Below, piece by piece: positions 40,009 to 50,794 of a stretch of DNA of 64,000 nt. The position numbers and the translations under genes are program-made. The notes under the pieces were generated by a model. The model ran no database searches, was not told the origin of the DNA, and saw only the letters and a program-made list of their open reading frames with translations. Where the stretch lies: contig JBBSUV010000001.1 in the NCBI GenBank assembly GCA_038234075.1, positions 93,925-157,924 on the forward strand, read 5' to 3'. How positions within the stretch are numbered: position 1 is the first letter of the stretch; every line of letters starts with the position of its first letter. The stretch is from Flavobacteriales bacterium (GTDB lineage Bacteria; Bacteroidota; Bacteroidia; Flavobacteriales_F; PHOS-HE28).

Positions 40009-40752
40009 TTACTTACGGTTCCCGAAGAGGCGCAGCAACGAGAGGAAGAGGTTGAGGAAATCCAAGTACAGGCTCAGCGCGCCCATCAGGGCCATTTTCT
40101 GGGCGATCTCCGTACCGCTGATCATGGTCCCACCCAAGTTCTTGAGGCGCTGCATGTCATAGGCGGTGAGGCCGGTGAAGATGATGACACTGATCACACT
40201 GATCACATAACCCATGGTATCGCTCTTCATGAACATGTTCACCACCATCGCGATGACGATGCCGATGAGGCCAATGAAGAGGATGCTGCCCAACTTGGTA
40301 AGATCCGTCTTCGTTGTGTAACCGGCGATCGCCATCAGGCCGAATACCGCAGAGGTGACGAAGAACACCGTGGCGATGGAAGTGGCCGTGTACGCCAGGA
40401 AAATGAATGACAGACTGGCACCGGTGAGTGCCGAATAGGCAATGAAGACCGTCAGTAACATACTTCCGCTCAATCGGTTCATCATGCCGCTCATGACGAA
40501 CACCAAGGCCAAAGGTGCCAGCATCACCACCCAGCCAAGGATGGTCATGCCTCCGGTCTCGACGTTGATCAAGCGGGAGATCAGGCTCATGTCGTGCCCG
40601 AACCAGTAGGCCACGCCGCCGCTAATGACCAGAGCTAAGGTCATGTAAGTGAAGACCTTGGCTAGGAAGGCGCGCACTTCATCGGGATTGGCGACGAAGC
40701 CCGGGTGCATCTGCTGATCGGGTGCGAGGGAGGAAAGGGAGCTACGGAACAT
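40009..40752 (-). CDS. Bax inhibitor-1/YccA family membrane protein
   Basis: Seven predicted TM segments, BI-1 family conservation (…TAYDMQRLKN…). Confidence 0.8.
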   Translation of the reverse strand: MFRSSLSSLAPDQQMHPGFVANPDEVRAFLAKVFTYMTLALVISGGVAYWFGHDMSLISRLINVETGGMTILGWVVMLAPLALVFVMSGMMNRLSGSMLLTVFIAYSALTGASLSFIFLAYTATSIATVFFVTSAVFGLMAIAGYTTKTDLTKLGSILFIGLIGIVIAMVVNMFMKSDTMGYVISVISVIIFTGLTAYDMQRLKNLGGTMISGTEIAQKMALMGALSLYLDFLNLFLSLLRLFGNRK

Positions 40753-40773
40753 GGTTCTTGAGGTGGGTTGTGA

Positions 40774-41457
40774 TCAGTGGAGCTTGGAAGAGATGAGCTT
40801 AATGAACTCATCCCTGGTGCGATGGTCATCAAGAAAGATGCCGGTAAAGGCCGAAGTGGTGGTGACGCTGTTCTGTTTCTGGATCCCGCGCATCTGCATG
40901 CACAGGTGTGAGGCCTCGATCACCACGGCCACTCCGTAGGGTTTCAGGGTGTCCTGGATGCAGTCCCGGATCTCGTTGGTAAGGCGCTCCTGTACCTGCA
41001 GTCGGCGGGCGAAAGCATCCACCACACGGGGGATCTTGCTCAGCCCGGTGATCTGGCCCTTGGGAATGTAGGCCACGTGGGCCTTTCCGAAGAAGGGCAG
41101 CATGTGGTGCTCGCAGAGGCTATAAACCTCGATATCCTTCACGACCACCATTTGGCTGTAGTCTTCCTTGAAAAGAGCCTTGCGCAGGATGGCCGCAGGG
41201 TCCAGGTCGTAGCCATGGGTGAGGTATTGCAGGCTTTTGGCCACGCGCTCAGGGGTAAGTCGCAGGCCTTCGCGCTTAGGGTTCTCGCCGATGGCTTTCA
41301 GGATGTCCGTGTAGTGGGCACTGATGCGCTCCACGCTTTCCGCATCATACTTGTCTATTCGCTCGTAGCCGTCGAACAACTCCTCCGGGCCTGTGCCCTT
41401 GGAGGTAGGACCGGCCTTCACGGCCACGGTCGGCTTCTTTCCTGTGGTTTTCGCCAT
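40774..41457 (-). CDS. folE: GTP cyclohydrolase I
   Basis: [20 protein letters not shown] active-site region. Confidence 0.9.
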   Translation of the reverse strand: MAKTTGKKPTVAVKAGPTSKGTGPEELFDGYERIDKYDAESVERISAHYTDILKAIGENPKREGLRLTPERVAKSLQYLTHGYDLDPAAILRKALFKEDYSQMVVVKDIEVYSLCEHHMLPFFGKAHVAYIPKGQITGLSKIPRVVDAFARRLQVQERLTNEIRDCIQDTLKPYGVAVVIEASHLCMQMRGIQKQNSVTTTSAFTGIFLDDHRTRDEFIKLISSKLH

Positions 41458-41459
41458 GG

Positions 41460-41879
41460 CTATTCACCGAAATATTCAACGCTGTTGTTCTCGGTTTCCT
41501 GGACCTTCACGCAGTGCAACGTGCCGCCGATCTTGCTGATGGCGGCCTCCAACTGCTTCCAGATACCTACGGCCAGATTTTCCGTGGTGCTGCCCACGCC
41601 CTTCATGAAGGGAACGTCCATATCCAGGTTCTTATGGTCGATCAGGTCGATCACATGCTCGTGCATGATGCGGCTCAAGGCGGAGAGATCCACTACAAAG
41701 CCGGTCTCGGCGCTGGTCTCCCCCTTCACGGTGACCCACAGCTCATAGTTGTGCCCGTGCCAATTGGGGTTGGAGCATTTGCCGAAGGTGGCGAGGTTCT
41801 TCTCGGCGCTCCATTCGGGGCGGCCGAGCCTGTGCGCGGCGCTGAAGCGTTCGCGGCGAGTGATGTGTACTACGGGCAT
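41460..41879 (-). CDS. queD: 6-carboxy-5,6,7,8-tetrahydropterin synthase / 6-pyruvoyl-tetrahydropterin synthase
   Basis: FSAAHRL and CxxxHGH zinc-binding motifs. Start at [10 protein letters not shown]. Confidence 0.85.
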   Translation of the reverse strand: MPVVHITRRERFSAAHRLGRPEWSAEKNLATFGKCSNPNWHGHNYELWVTVKGETSAETGFVVDLSALSRIMHEHVIDLIDHKNLDMDVPFMKGVGSTTENLAVGIWKQLEAAISKIGGTLHCVKVQETENNSVEYFGE

Positions 41880-42026
41880 GGTGTGCAAAAGGGCGTGCAA
41901 AGCTAAGGACTGGCCTCAGGGCTTCCCATCCCGGCAGGATCAGACTTCCGCAGAGGTATGCCGGAGCATAAAAGCGCCCAGCACCACCCATCCTTACCTT
42001 CGCGCGTTCCTACCGAAACCATTCCT

Positions 42027-43304
42027 ATGCTCGAAACCGCCTACCTGCGCAGCAAGCCCGACGAGGCCCGCGCCCGCTTGGCCAAACGCAACCTCGATGC
42101 CAACACGCTGCTTTCCAAGGCCGCTGAGCTGGACGAGCACCGCCGTACCACCCAGAACGTGCTGGATGCGAAGCTGGCCGAGATGAACGACCAGAGCCGC
42201 ACCATCGGGGAACTAATGAAGGCCGGCAAGAAGGACGAAGCGGAAGCGGCCAAGCAAAAGACCGCCGAGCTGAAGAACCGCATCGGAGAATTGAAAGAGG
42301 AACTGACCGAAGCGGAAAGCGCCTTGCACGAACACCTCTGCACCATACCGAACGTGCCTCAGGACCGGGTGCCACCGGGAAAAACGCCGGAGGACAACCT
42401 GACCGTCGCGCAGAACGGCGACCTGCCGCAGCTTCCCGACAGCGCCAAGCCGCACTGGGACCTCGGTGAGGAATACAAACTGTTCAGCTTGGAGCAGGGC
42501 GTGAAACTTACCGGCGCGGGCTTCCCTGTGTATACCGGCCAAGGGGCGAAACTCCAACGGGCACTGATCGCCTTCTTCTTGGACCGCGCCATTGAAGCAG
42601 GTTATGTGGAAGTGATGCCACCGCTGATGGTGAATGCCGAATCAGCATACGCCACGGGTCAACTGCCCGACAAGGAGGGCCAGATGTACCACGCCACGGC
42701 CGATGAGCTGTACCTGATCCCTACGGCCGAAGTGCCCATCACCAACCTGTTCCGCAACGAGATCCTGGACCAGGCCGAGCTGCCGATCAAGCGCGTGGGC
42801 CACACACCCTGCTTCCGCCGCGAGGCGGGTAGCTACGGCAAGGACGTACGCGGGCTGAACCGCGTCCACCAGTTCGACAAGGTGGAGATCGTGCGGGTGG
42901 AAGCCCCGGAGAACAGCGATGCCGCCCTGGAGGAGATGACGGAGCACGTGAAAGGCCTGCTGAATGCCTTGGAACTGCCTTGGCGGCAACTGCTGCTCTG
43001 CGGCGGCGACATGGGCTTCACCAGCGCTATCACTTACGACATGGAAGTGTATGCCGGTGCTCAGAAACGCTGGCTGGAAGTGAGCTCGATCAGCAATTTC
43101 GAGACCTACCAGAGCAACCGCTTGAAACTGCGTTACCGCGGCGATGACAAGAAGGCACGGCTGGCACATACGCTGAACGGCAGCGCGCTGGCTTTGGCAC
43201 GGATCGTGGCGGCCTTGCTTGAAAACAACCAAACGCCGGAAGGCATCCGCATCCCCACAGCGCTGAGGCCTTATACCGGTTTCGACCTGATCGTGAAAAA
43301 ATGA
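42027..43304 (+). CDS. serS: Serine--tRNA ligase
   Basis: N-terminal coiled-coil arm plus class II aaRS motifs (FRRE, GGDMGF). Start at MLETAYLR. Confidence 0.9.
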   Translation: MLETAYLRSKPDEARARLAKRNLDANTLLSKAAELDEHRRTTQNVLDAKLAEMNDQSRTIGELMKAGKKDEAEAAKQKTAELKNRIGELKEELTEAESALHEHLCTIPNVPQDRVPPGKTPEDNLTVAQNGDLPQLPDSAKPHWDLGEEYKLFSLEQGVKLTGAGFPVYTGQGAKLQRALIAFFLDRAIEAGYVEVMPPLMVNAESAYATGQLPDKEGQMYHATADELYLIPTAEVPITNLFRNEILDQAELPIKRVGHTPCFRREAGSYGKDVRGLNRVHQFDKVEIVRVEAPENSDAALEEMTEHVKGLLNALELPWRQLLLCGGDMGFTSAITYDMEVYAGAQKRWLEVSSISNFETYQSNRLKLRYRGDDKKARLAHTLNGSALALARIVAALLENNQTPEGIRIPTALRPYTGFDLIVKK

Positions 43305-43843
43305 TACGGACCATACCGGCGGTGGTCCTGCTTGCGTTGGGTTCGGGCGGCCTGCTGACGGCCTGCACCAACCACGCTGACCCCTCGGAAATGGCGACCG
43401 TGGAACGGATGATCGAAGAGACGGATAGCATGCGAATGGAACTGATCGGCATGGACACCACGGCCTTGCACCACATGCATGCGCTGTTCGAGGCGGAGCG
43501 GCCCGGCATTGACCAGCGCTTCCGGGACACCCTTCTCCCGCATGAGGCACAAGTGCTCGGCAACTATCACCAGGCCATGGCGGAGCGTTTGCCGCGACTG
43601 CTCTCGGACCGCAACGTGGAGGAGGCCCGGATCGACAGCACCCTGATGCGGCTCCGCAACTTGCGCCACGATATGGACCAAGGGCTGATGAACAAGAAGG
43701 CCCGTGAAAAAGCCCTTGCTTTGGAAAACGAGTGGAACACTTCCCTGCGGAACGATCTGGACCGGGTGGAAGTGGCCACCAAGCAGCTCATCCGCGACCG
43801 CACCATCTACCGGGCCACCATCGATTCCCTGCTTCGCCAATGA
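43301..43843 (+). CDS. Hypothetical lipoprotein
   Basis: Signal peptide plus lipobox (LLTAC). Overlaps serS stop and TPR-protein start. Confidence 0.5.
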   Translation: MIRTIPAVVLLALGSGGLLTACTNHADPSEMATVERMIEETDSMRMELIGMDTTALHHMHALFEAERPGIDQRFRDTLLPHEAQVLGNYHQAMAERLPRLLSDRNVEEARIDSTLMRLRNLRHDMDQGLMNKKAREKALALENEWNTSLRNDLDRVEVATKQLIRDRTIYRATIDSLLRQ

Positions 43844-45726
43844 CCTCCTCCCCTCTCCTACACAGCCTACGCGGCCTCCTGTTCGGCCTGACATGCATTC
43901 TGTCCATGGGCGCCTGGGCACAAGGAGGCACGGACGAGCAGCTTCCCGCCGAATACATGCGGCAGGGTGAATATGCCAAGGCCATCCTCTACTACGAGAA
44001 ACTCTATGGCCAGCAACCCACTGCGCTCTACTATGAGCAGTTGCTCAAGGCCTATGTGGGGGTGAAGCAGTTCGATCAAGCGGAGAAGTTGGCGAAGGAC
44101 CAGATGCGGAAGCAAGGCGGTGATCCGCGCTATTTGGTGGACCTGGGCATGGTAAAGAAGTTGGAGGGCGACACCAGCAAGGCTGACCAGGAGTTCACCA
44201 AAGCGCTGAAGGCATTGAAGCCGGACCAAGGCTCCATCCGCAACCTCGCCAATGCCTTCACCCGGAACAATGAGCTGAACTATGCGCTCCAGACCTACGA
44301 ACGCGGGCGGAAATTGCTGAAGGCCAGCTCCACGGATTTCTTCTATGAAACGGCCAACCTCCGAGCCTCCATGGGGGATGTGGCCGGCATGATCAGCGAC
44401 TACATGGACCTGCTGCAGACCAACCCCAGCTATCAGCAGGCGGTGCAGAACGGGCTGGCGCGCTTCATCGACTTCACCAGCACGGACGAGCGTTCGGACC
44501 TCCTGCGGACCGAACTGTTGCGGCGTGTACAGAAGAACCCGGACAACACACTCTTCCAAGAGATGCTCATCTGGATGTACATCCAGCGGAAGGACCTCAA
44601 CAGCGCCTTCGTGCAGAGCAAGGCCATGGACAAGCGCTTCAATGAAGGCGGCCAGCGGCTGATGGCCTTAGGCGATATCGCGGTGACCAACAAGGAATGG
44701 GTGGCGGCCACGAAATGCTATGAGTACGTGGTGGCCAACGGTGCGGACTCCCCTTGGTACGGCGCCGCACGTATCGGATTGGTGAATGCACTGGACGCGC
44801 AGGTACACGACCAAACAAACCCGCCGCAAGAGCAATTGGACCGGCTGCGCCAGCTCTATGAAAGCACCTTGAGCGAACTGGGGCGGATCCCCGCGAACAT
44901 CAAGCTGGTCAGCGGGCTCGCGAACCTTAAAGCGTACTATCTCAACGATAGTCCGGGTGCGGTGGTGCTCCTGCAGGAAGCCATCAACATGCCCGGGCTC
45001 GGGCGTAAGGAGCAGGCCCAGTTGAAACTGGAGCTTGGCGACATCCAAGTGCTGGAGGGCGACATCTGGGACGCCTCCCTGCTCTACTCCCAGGTCGATC
45101 TCGATTTCAAGCAGGACGTACTTGGCCATGAAGCACGGTTGCGCAACGCCAAGGTGAGCTTCTACTCCGGCGATTTCCTCTGGGCGAAAGCACAGCTTGA
45201 CGTCCTGAAAGCCAGTACCAGCAAGCTCATCGCCAACGATGCCATGGAGCTTTCCCTACTGATCACCGACAACCTTGGCACCGACACGCTCAGCCCGTCG
45301 CTCAGCCTTTTCGCCAAGGCCCAGCTGCTCACCTTCCAGCACCAGTATGACAGTGCGCTGGTGGTCCTGGACACGCTCACCGCGCGCTTCCCCATGGGCA
45401 GCCTCGGCGACGATGTGCTCTACGCCCGCTACAACATCGCACATGCCCGCCACCAGTATACCGAGGCTGCCGGTTATCTGCAGAAGGTGGTGGAGCTCTA
45501 CCCGAACGACATCCTTGTGGACAATGCCATGTACGACCTCGGCAAACTCTACGAGTACGACCTCAACGACAAGGAGCAGGCGAAGAAGTGGTATGAAAAG
45601 CTGCTGTTCGAGCAGAGCGGGAGCATCTTCGTGGCCGATGCCCGCGAGCACTACCGGCGCTTGCGCGGCGACCACGACAACCTGACAACACCCGAACAAC
45701 AATTCCTCAACGGCCCCGCCCAATGA
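43840..45726 (+). CDS. Tetratricopeptide repeat (TPR) protein, secreted
   Basis: Signal peptide MTSSPLLHSLRGLLFGLTCILSMGAWAQ followed by multiple TPR-like helical repeats. Confidence 0.65.
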   Translation: MTSSPLLHSLRGLLFGLTCILSMGAWAQGGTDEQLPAEYMRQGEYAKAILYYEKLYGQQPTALYYEQLLKAYVGVKQFDQAEKLAKDQMRKQGGDPRYLVDLGMVKKLEGDTSKADQEFTKALKALKPDQGSIRNLANAFTRNNELNYALQTYERGRKLLKASSTDFFYETANLRASMGDVAGMISDYMDLLQTNPSYQQAVQNGLARFIDFTSTDERSDLLRTELLRRVQKNPDNTLFQEMLIWMYIQRKDLNSAFVQSKAMDKRFNEGGQRLMALGDIAVTNKEWVAATKCYEYVVANGADSPWYGAARIGLVNALDAQVHDQTNPPQEQLDRLRQLYESTLSELGRIPANIKLVSGLANLKAYYLNDSPGAVVLLQEAINMPGLGRKEQAQLKLELGDIQVLEGDIWDASLLYSQVDLDFKQDVLGHEARLRNAKVSFYSGDFLWAKAQLDVLKASTSKLIANDAMELSLLITDNLGTDTLSPSLSLFAKAQLLTFQHQYDSALVVLDTLTARFPMGSLGDDVLYARYNIAHARHQYTEAAGYLQKVVELYPNDILVDNAMYDLGKLYEYDLNDKEQAKKWYEKLLFEQSGSIFVADAREHYRRLRGDHDNLTTPEQQFLNGPAQ

Positions 45727-46031
45727 TCATCTACAACGTCACGGTAAGCGTGGACAACGAAGTACACGAGATGTGGCTGGCCTGGATGCGGCATACACAC
45801 CTCCCGGAGGTGATGGCGACCGGCCACTTTCTGGATGCGCGCATTTGCCGTGTGCTGAGCGATGGTGATTCCGGCGCGACCTACGCCGTTCAGTACACCT
45901 GCGCGGACATGGCGACCTACGAGCGCTACCGCGATGAGCATTCGGAACGGCTGAAGGCGGAGTCGGAGAAATACTACGGGGGCAAGGCGATCGCATTCCG
46001 CACCCTCTTGGAAGTGCTCCACACCGTCTGA
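45723..46031 (+). CDS. DUF4286 family protein
   Basis: About 100 aa with MIIYNVTVSVDNEVHEMWLAWMR… characteristic of DUF4286. Confidence 0.6.
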   Translation: MIIYNVTVSVDNEVHEMWLAWMRHTHLPEVMATGHFLDARICRVLSDGDSGATYAVQYTCADMATYERYRDEHSERLKAESEKYYGGKAIAFRTLLEVLHTV

Positions 46032-46801
46032 TGCAGGTCCGGGCGAAGAAGCACCTCGGGCAGCATTTCCTGAAGGACGAGGACATCGCGCTGCGTATCA
46101 CACAGGCGCTCACCCATCATGGCGGCTACCGCGATGTGATCGAAGTGGGCCCCGGCACCGGCGCGCTCACCAAGTACCTCCTCGGCCGCACCGACATCGA
46201 TCTTACCTGCATCGAACTCGACCGTGAATCCGTGGCGCATCTCAACGTCACTTGGCCGGAACTGCGCGTGATACAGGGCGACCTGTTGGGGATGGACCTT
46301 TCCCGGGTCGGCGAGGGCCCCATGGCTGTGATCGGCAACTTCCCTTACAACATCAGTACGCAGATCGTCTTCAAGGTGCTGGAGAACCGCGAGCGTGTAA
46401 CGGAGCTGGTAGGCATGTTCCAGAAGGAGGTGGCGGACCGGCTTTGCGCAGGTCCCGGCAGCCGGACCTACGGCATCACCAGCGTTCTATCCCAGGTTTG
46501 GTATCACATGGAAGTGCTCTTTCTTGTGGAGCCTGATTCCTTCATCCCTCCGCCCAAGGTGCGCAGCGCGGTGATCCGGATGCAGCGCAACGAACGGTTG
46601 CATCCGCCATGCGATGAGAAGATGCTCTTCCGCGTGGTGAAGACGGCTTTCGGCCAGCGCCGGAAGACACTTCACAATGCCTTGAAGGGCTTTGCCCCAT
46701 TGACCGGCGGCGTTCCCGCGGAATTTGCCCGAAAGCGTGCCGAGGAGTTGTCCGTGGACGATTTCATCACGCTTACCAATGCGTGTGAAGTCGCGCCGTA
46801 A
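46031..46801 (+). CDS. rsmA: 16S rRNA (adenine1518-N6/adenine1519-N6)-dimethyltransferase
   Basis: LGQHFL and VIEVGPGTGALT SAM-binding motifs, KsgA family. Confidence 0.9.
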   Translation: MQVRAKKHLGQHFLKDEDIALRITQALTHHGGYRDVIEVGPGTGALTKYLLGRTDIDLTCIELDRESVAHLNVTWPELRVIQGDLLGMDLSRVGEGPMAVIGNFPYNISTQIVFKVLENRERVTELVGMFQKEVADRLCAGPGSRTYGITSVLSQVWYHMEVLFLVEPDSFIPPPKVRSAVIRMQRNERLHPPCDEKMLFRVVKTAFGQRRKTLHNALKGFAPLTGGVPAEFARKRAEELSVDDFITLTNACEVAP

Positions 46802-46930
46802 AGCCGTCGGGGTGGTCTCCTTGTGCCGGGTGTAGGAGCGGATCCACCTTCGGAATACCTTTCCCGCAGATCGGACGCTGTGCTATGCCCAGGGATAGGT
46901 GCCGGTCGGGCTCAAACACTTTCCTTCCCC

Positions 46931-49270
46931 ATGCATCATAACCTCTCCAAGGTCGCACGCATCCATTGCGTGGCGCTCACTGTTCTTCTAGGCTCCGGCC
47001 ATGCATGGGCGCAATGTTGCGATTACACGGTGGCTATGCAGGACAGCTACGGTGATGGCTGGAACGGTGGTGCGCTGGAGGTGCGCGTGAACGCTTCGAT
47101 CATTGGCACCTATTCCGCGCAAGGCCACGGCAGCACCGCCACATTCACCATTTGCGATGGTGATGCCCTTCAGCTCGTGTACAATGCGGGTAGCTATGAG
47201 AATGAGAATACCTACCAGGTCTTTGGGCCGGCGGGCAACGTGGTGTTCGTTGCCGGTCCCTCGCCTTCAGCGGGAGTGGCTTACAACGGGACCGGTGATT
47301 GTGAAGCAGTGGCCGACCCCGGTACCGTACCGTGCACGGCATTGCCGATCGACACCTTGGATTGCGTCACTGTGGACAACACGGGCATCGCAGGGTCGGG
47401 CATTGCTCCCGGCTGCGCAAACTATCAGGGAGGCGATCTCTGGTACCGGATGCCCGTTCCTTTCTCCGGGAATGTTTCCATATCCACCTCCGATGCGGGC
47501 GGGCTCACGGACACCGGCCTGTCGATCTGGACGGGGAATTCCTGCTTCGGCCTACAGCACTGGACCTGTGACGATGATGCCGGGGCCGGCTACTTCTCGC
47601 GAGCTGCGCTCTATGATCTTCCTCCGGGGGATACGCTCTACATCCAGGTCTTCGGATATGGCGGCGGCCAAGGTGCATTCCAGCTCTGCGTGCAGGACCT
47701 CGGCTCGGTTTCACTGGATAGCACGGAACTGCCTTTGGTGGAGATCAACACCCTTGGGCAGACCATTCCGGACGAACCCAAGATCGATGCCTTGATGCAG
47801 ATCACCTACAACGGCCCGAGCCTTGCCACGCACGTGGACGACCCGCCGAACGTATACAACGGCCATGTGGGGATCGAGGTGCGCGGGTCCTCATCAGCAG
47901 GCTATCCGCAACAACCTTATGGTTTTGAGACACGCACGGATCTCGGGGATGCGAACGATGTTCCCTTGCTGGACATGCCGGTTGAAAGCGATTGGGTGCT
48001 GCTGTCCAACTACAACGACCGCTCCTTGATGCGCAATCAATTGGCCTTCCATATCGCCCAGCAAATGGGGGACTATGCACCCAGGAGCTACCTGTGCGAA
48101 GTCCTGTTGGATAGCGCCTACCGCGGCATCTACCTGCTCGGCGAAAAGATCAAGCGCGACCATGGCCGGGTGGACATCGCCAAGCTGGACACCAACGAGA
48201 ACAGCGGCGATGACCTCACCGGCGGCTACATCCTATCGCAGAACCTGTGGGACGGGACCGACGGATTCATGTCCAACTATTCGCCCATCGACCAACCGGG
48301 ATCCGAAGTCCACTTTGTGTACGAATACCCCAAGCCGGACGTGATCACCCCGCAGCAGAAAGCCTACATCGCAGCATTCATGGACAGTTTGGAGACCGCA
48401 CTCTACAGCCCGCAGTTCGCCGACCCCGTGATCGGCTACCGGAAGTTCCTGGATCTCCCTTCCTTCATCAACTATTTCCTGGTGAACGAAGTTTCGCGCA
48501 ATGCGGACGGCTTCAAGAAGAGCCGCTACTTCCACAAGGACAAGTACTCGAACGGAGGCAAACTGAAGGCCGGACCCGTTTGGGATTTCGACTGGGCGTG
48601 GAAGAACATCTACGGTTGCTCCAACTCGGATGCCACCGATGGTTCCGGCTGGGCGCATGAGGTGAACGTTTGCAACCCGGACAATGTATCCTGCGGTTGG
48701 TACATCCGCATGCTCCAGGACACGGCCTTCGCGAATGAGCTGCGCTGCACCTATGAAACCTATCGTACCACCATGCTGGACACCGCACAGATCTTCGCCT
48801 ATATCGACAGCGTGGCTTCCCGGGTGGACCTGGCACAGGCCCGGCATTTCCAGAAATGGCCCATCCTTGGCATCAGCGGGCCCGCACCTGAAATGAATGC
48901 CGTAGCGACGACCTATGCTGGGGAGATCGATACGCTGAAGGCTTGGATCAACACGCGTTTGACCTGGTTGGATGCACACCTGACGGGGAACTGCTCCATA
49001 CCGACCGCGGTGCATGAAGCAGCTACGATCGCCGGGCTGCGCTGCTATCCGAACCCCAGTTCCGGCCGGTTCCATATCGAGGGATTGAATACCACCGAGG
49101 GTCCGCTCACCTTAGTGGTCCACGATGTGGCTTGGCGGGTGGTGCAGACCCAGCAGGTACCGAATGGCTCAGCATCGTTGGATATAGAACTGCGGAACAG
49201 TGGCACTTACTTCTTTACGGTGAGATCCAAAGGGGGCGCCCTGCAACAGGGGAAACTGATCGTCTATTGA
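46931..49270 (+). CDS. T9SS C-terminal-sorting-domain secreted protein with CotH-like central region
   Basis: Signal peptide. The central region resembles CotH family proteins (my recollection). C-terminal T9SS CTD (…GTYFFTVRSKGGALQQGKLIVY). Confidence 0.5.
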   Translation: MHHNLSKVARIHCVALTVLLGSGHAWAQCCDYTVAMQDSYGDGWNGGALEVRVNASIIGTYSAQGHGSTATFTICDGDALQLVYNAGSYENENTYQVFGPAGNVVFVAGPSPSAGVAYNGTGDCEAVADPGTVPCTALPIDTLDCVTVDNTGIAGSGIAPGCANYQGGDLWYRMPVPFSGNVSISTSDAGGLTDTGLSIWTGNSCFGLQHWTCDDDAGAGYFSRAALYDLPPGDTLYIQVFGYGGGQGAFQLCVQDLGSVSLDSTELPLVEINTLGQTIPDEPKIDALMQITYNGPSLATHVDDPPNVYNGHVGIEVRGSSSAGYPQQPYGFETRTDLGDANDVPLLDMPVESDWVLLSNYNDRSLMRNQLAFHIAQQMGDYAPRSYLCEVLLDSAYRGIYLLGEKIKRDHGRVDIAKLDTNENSGDDLTGGYILSQNLWDGTDGFMSNYSPIDQPGSEVHFVYEYPKPDVITPQQKAYIAAFMDSLETALYSPQFADPVIGYRKFLDLPSFINYFLVNEVSRNADGFKKSRYFHKDKYSNGGKLKAGPVWDFDWAWKNIYGCSNSDATDGSGWAHEVNVCNPDNVSCGWYIRMLQDTAFANELRCTYETYRTTMLDTAQIFAYIDSVASRVDLAQARHFQKWPILGISGPAPEMNAVATTYAGEIDTLKAWINTRLTWLDAHLTGNCSIPTAVHEAATIAGLRCYPNPSSGRFHIEGLNTTEGPLTLVVHDVAWRVVQTQQVPNGSASLDIELRNSGTYFFTVRSKGGALQQGKLIVY

Positions 49271-49399
49271 TCCGGCGGGACTAAAGATCCATCGATCCGC
49301 CACTGTGCTTGCTCTCGTTCCTTCCCACGGAATGTCCGGGAGTTTTGTACATGCTTAGTTTCGCGGGCCGATCGGCCGAAACGCTCATTTTATCGCGCC

Positions 49400-50794
49400 A
49401 TGACCTTCACCCTCAGTAAAGCGAACCTGGAAAGGATCCAGGAACACATTGCGCAACAGCGCAACGAGGAGCTCTTGGAGTCGGTAAGGGACATCCACCC
49501 GGCCGACATCGCGGAGATCCTCGACCAGTTAGACCTGAAAGAGGCGCAATACCTCTTTGAGCGGCTGGAGCCACAACTCGCCGCGGAAGTGGTGCTGGAA
49601 GTGCCGGAGGACCGGCGCGACGACCTGCTCGGCAATTACACGGGCAAGGAGATCGCCGAAGAGCTTATCGAGCACTTCGATTCCGATGACGCGGCCGACA
49701 TGATCGCGGAACTCCCTGAGGGAGTCCGCGAAGAACTGCTGGCGAATATCGAGGACAGCGAGCAGCGCAAGGAGATCAACGAACTGCTCACCTACGATGA
49801 GAACACCGCCGGTGGCCTCATGGGCAAAGAGCTGGTGAAGGTGCATGCGGACAGCAGCATGTTGGATTGCGTCCGTGAGCTGCGGGGACACGCTGACCTG
49901 ATCGATGACATTTATGTGATCCTCGTAGTGGACGACCACGAGCGCTTGGTGGGCACGATCGCGCTGAAGGCGTTGCTGACCACTTCGTTGCGCACCCCGG
50001 TGAAGGACGTCTACGACCCCGACGTCATCAGCGTGAAGGCCCATGAGGATGTGGAGGAGGTGAGCCGCATCATGGAGAAATACGACTTGGTGATGCTACC
50101 GGTGACGGACGACCGGGGGAGGCTGCTGGGGCGCATCACCATCGACGACGTGGTGGACAGCATCCGCGATGAGGAGACTGAGGATGCACAGCGCATGGCC
50201 GGTATGGAAGCGCTGGAATACTCCTACAGCCATAGCAGCCTGTGGGACATGGTGAAGAAGCGTTCAGGCTGGTTGATCGTGCTGTTCATCGGTGAGAGCT
50301 TCACGGCCACGGCCATGGGATTCTTCATGGATGAGATCCAGCAGGCGGTGGTACTGGCCCTGTTCGTCCCGTTGATCATTTCCAGTGGCGGCAACACCGG
50401 CTCGCAGGCCAGCACCCTTATCATCAGGGCGTTGGCACTTGGAGATATCACAGTGAAGGAGTGGTGGCGCATATTCCGACGCGAGGCCAGCGTGGGCCTC
50501 ATTCTCGGGGTGACCTTGGCCATCATCGGCTTCGCGCGTGTGGCCGTCTGGAGCCAATTCACGAACCTCTATGGACCGCACTGGCTCTTGGTCGGCTTCA
50601 TTGTTGCCGCGTCCTTGGTCGGCGTAGTGCTATGGGGCAATCTGGTCGGTTCGCTCTTTCCTTTGTTGCTGAAGCGCGTCGGCTTCGACCCCGCCACCTC
50701 ATCGGCACCGTTCGTGGCGACCATGGTGGACGTTACCGGTCTGGTGATCTACTTCAGCATCGCCTCGATGTTCCTAAGACAGATCCTGGCATGA
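49400..50794 (+). CDS. mgtE: Magnesium transporter MgtE
   Basis: N-terminal domain, tandem CBS domains, C-terminal 5-TM MgtE domain. Confidence 0.9.
   Translation: MTFTLSKANLERIQEHIAQQRNEELLESVRDIHPADIAEILDQLDLKEAQYLFERLEPQLAAEVVLEVPEDRRDDLLGNYTGKEIAEELIEHFDSDDAADMIAELPEGVREELLANIEDSEQRKEINELLTYDENTAGGLMGKELVKVHADSSMLDCVRELRGHADLIDDIYVILVVDDHERLVGTIALKALLTTSLRTPVKDVYDPDVISVKAHEDVEEVSRIMEKYDLVMLPVTDDRGRLLGRITIDDVVDSIRDEETEDAQRMAGMEALEYSYSHSSLWDMVKKRSGWLIVLFIGESFTATAMGFFMDEIQQAVVLALFVPLIISSGGNTGSQASTLIIRALALGDITVKEWWRIFRREASVGLILGVTLAIIGFARVAVWSQFTNLYGPHWLLVGFIVAASLVGVVLWGNLVGSLFPLLLKRVGFDPATSSAPFVATMVDVTGLVIYFSIASMFLRQILA

Noticed and set aside
49271-49399. Possible M-box (ykoK) Mg2+ riboswitch upstream of mgtE.
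   Set aside because: The leader is only about 129 nt, shorter than a full M-box. I could not recognise the conserved M-box core. Only a 12-bp palindrome (GGCCGATCGGCC, 49366-49377) is present. It should be checked with Infernal, but was not supported by eye.
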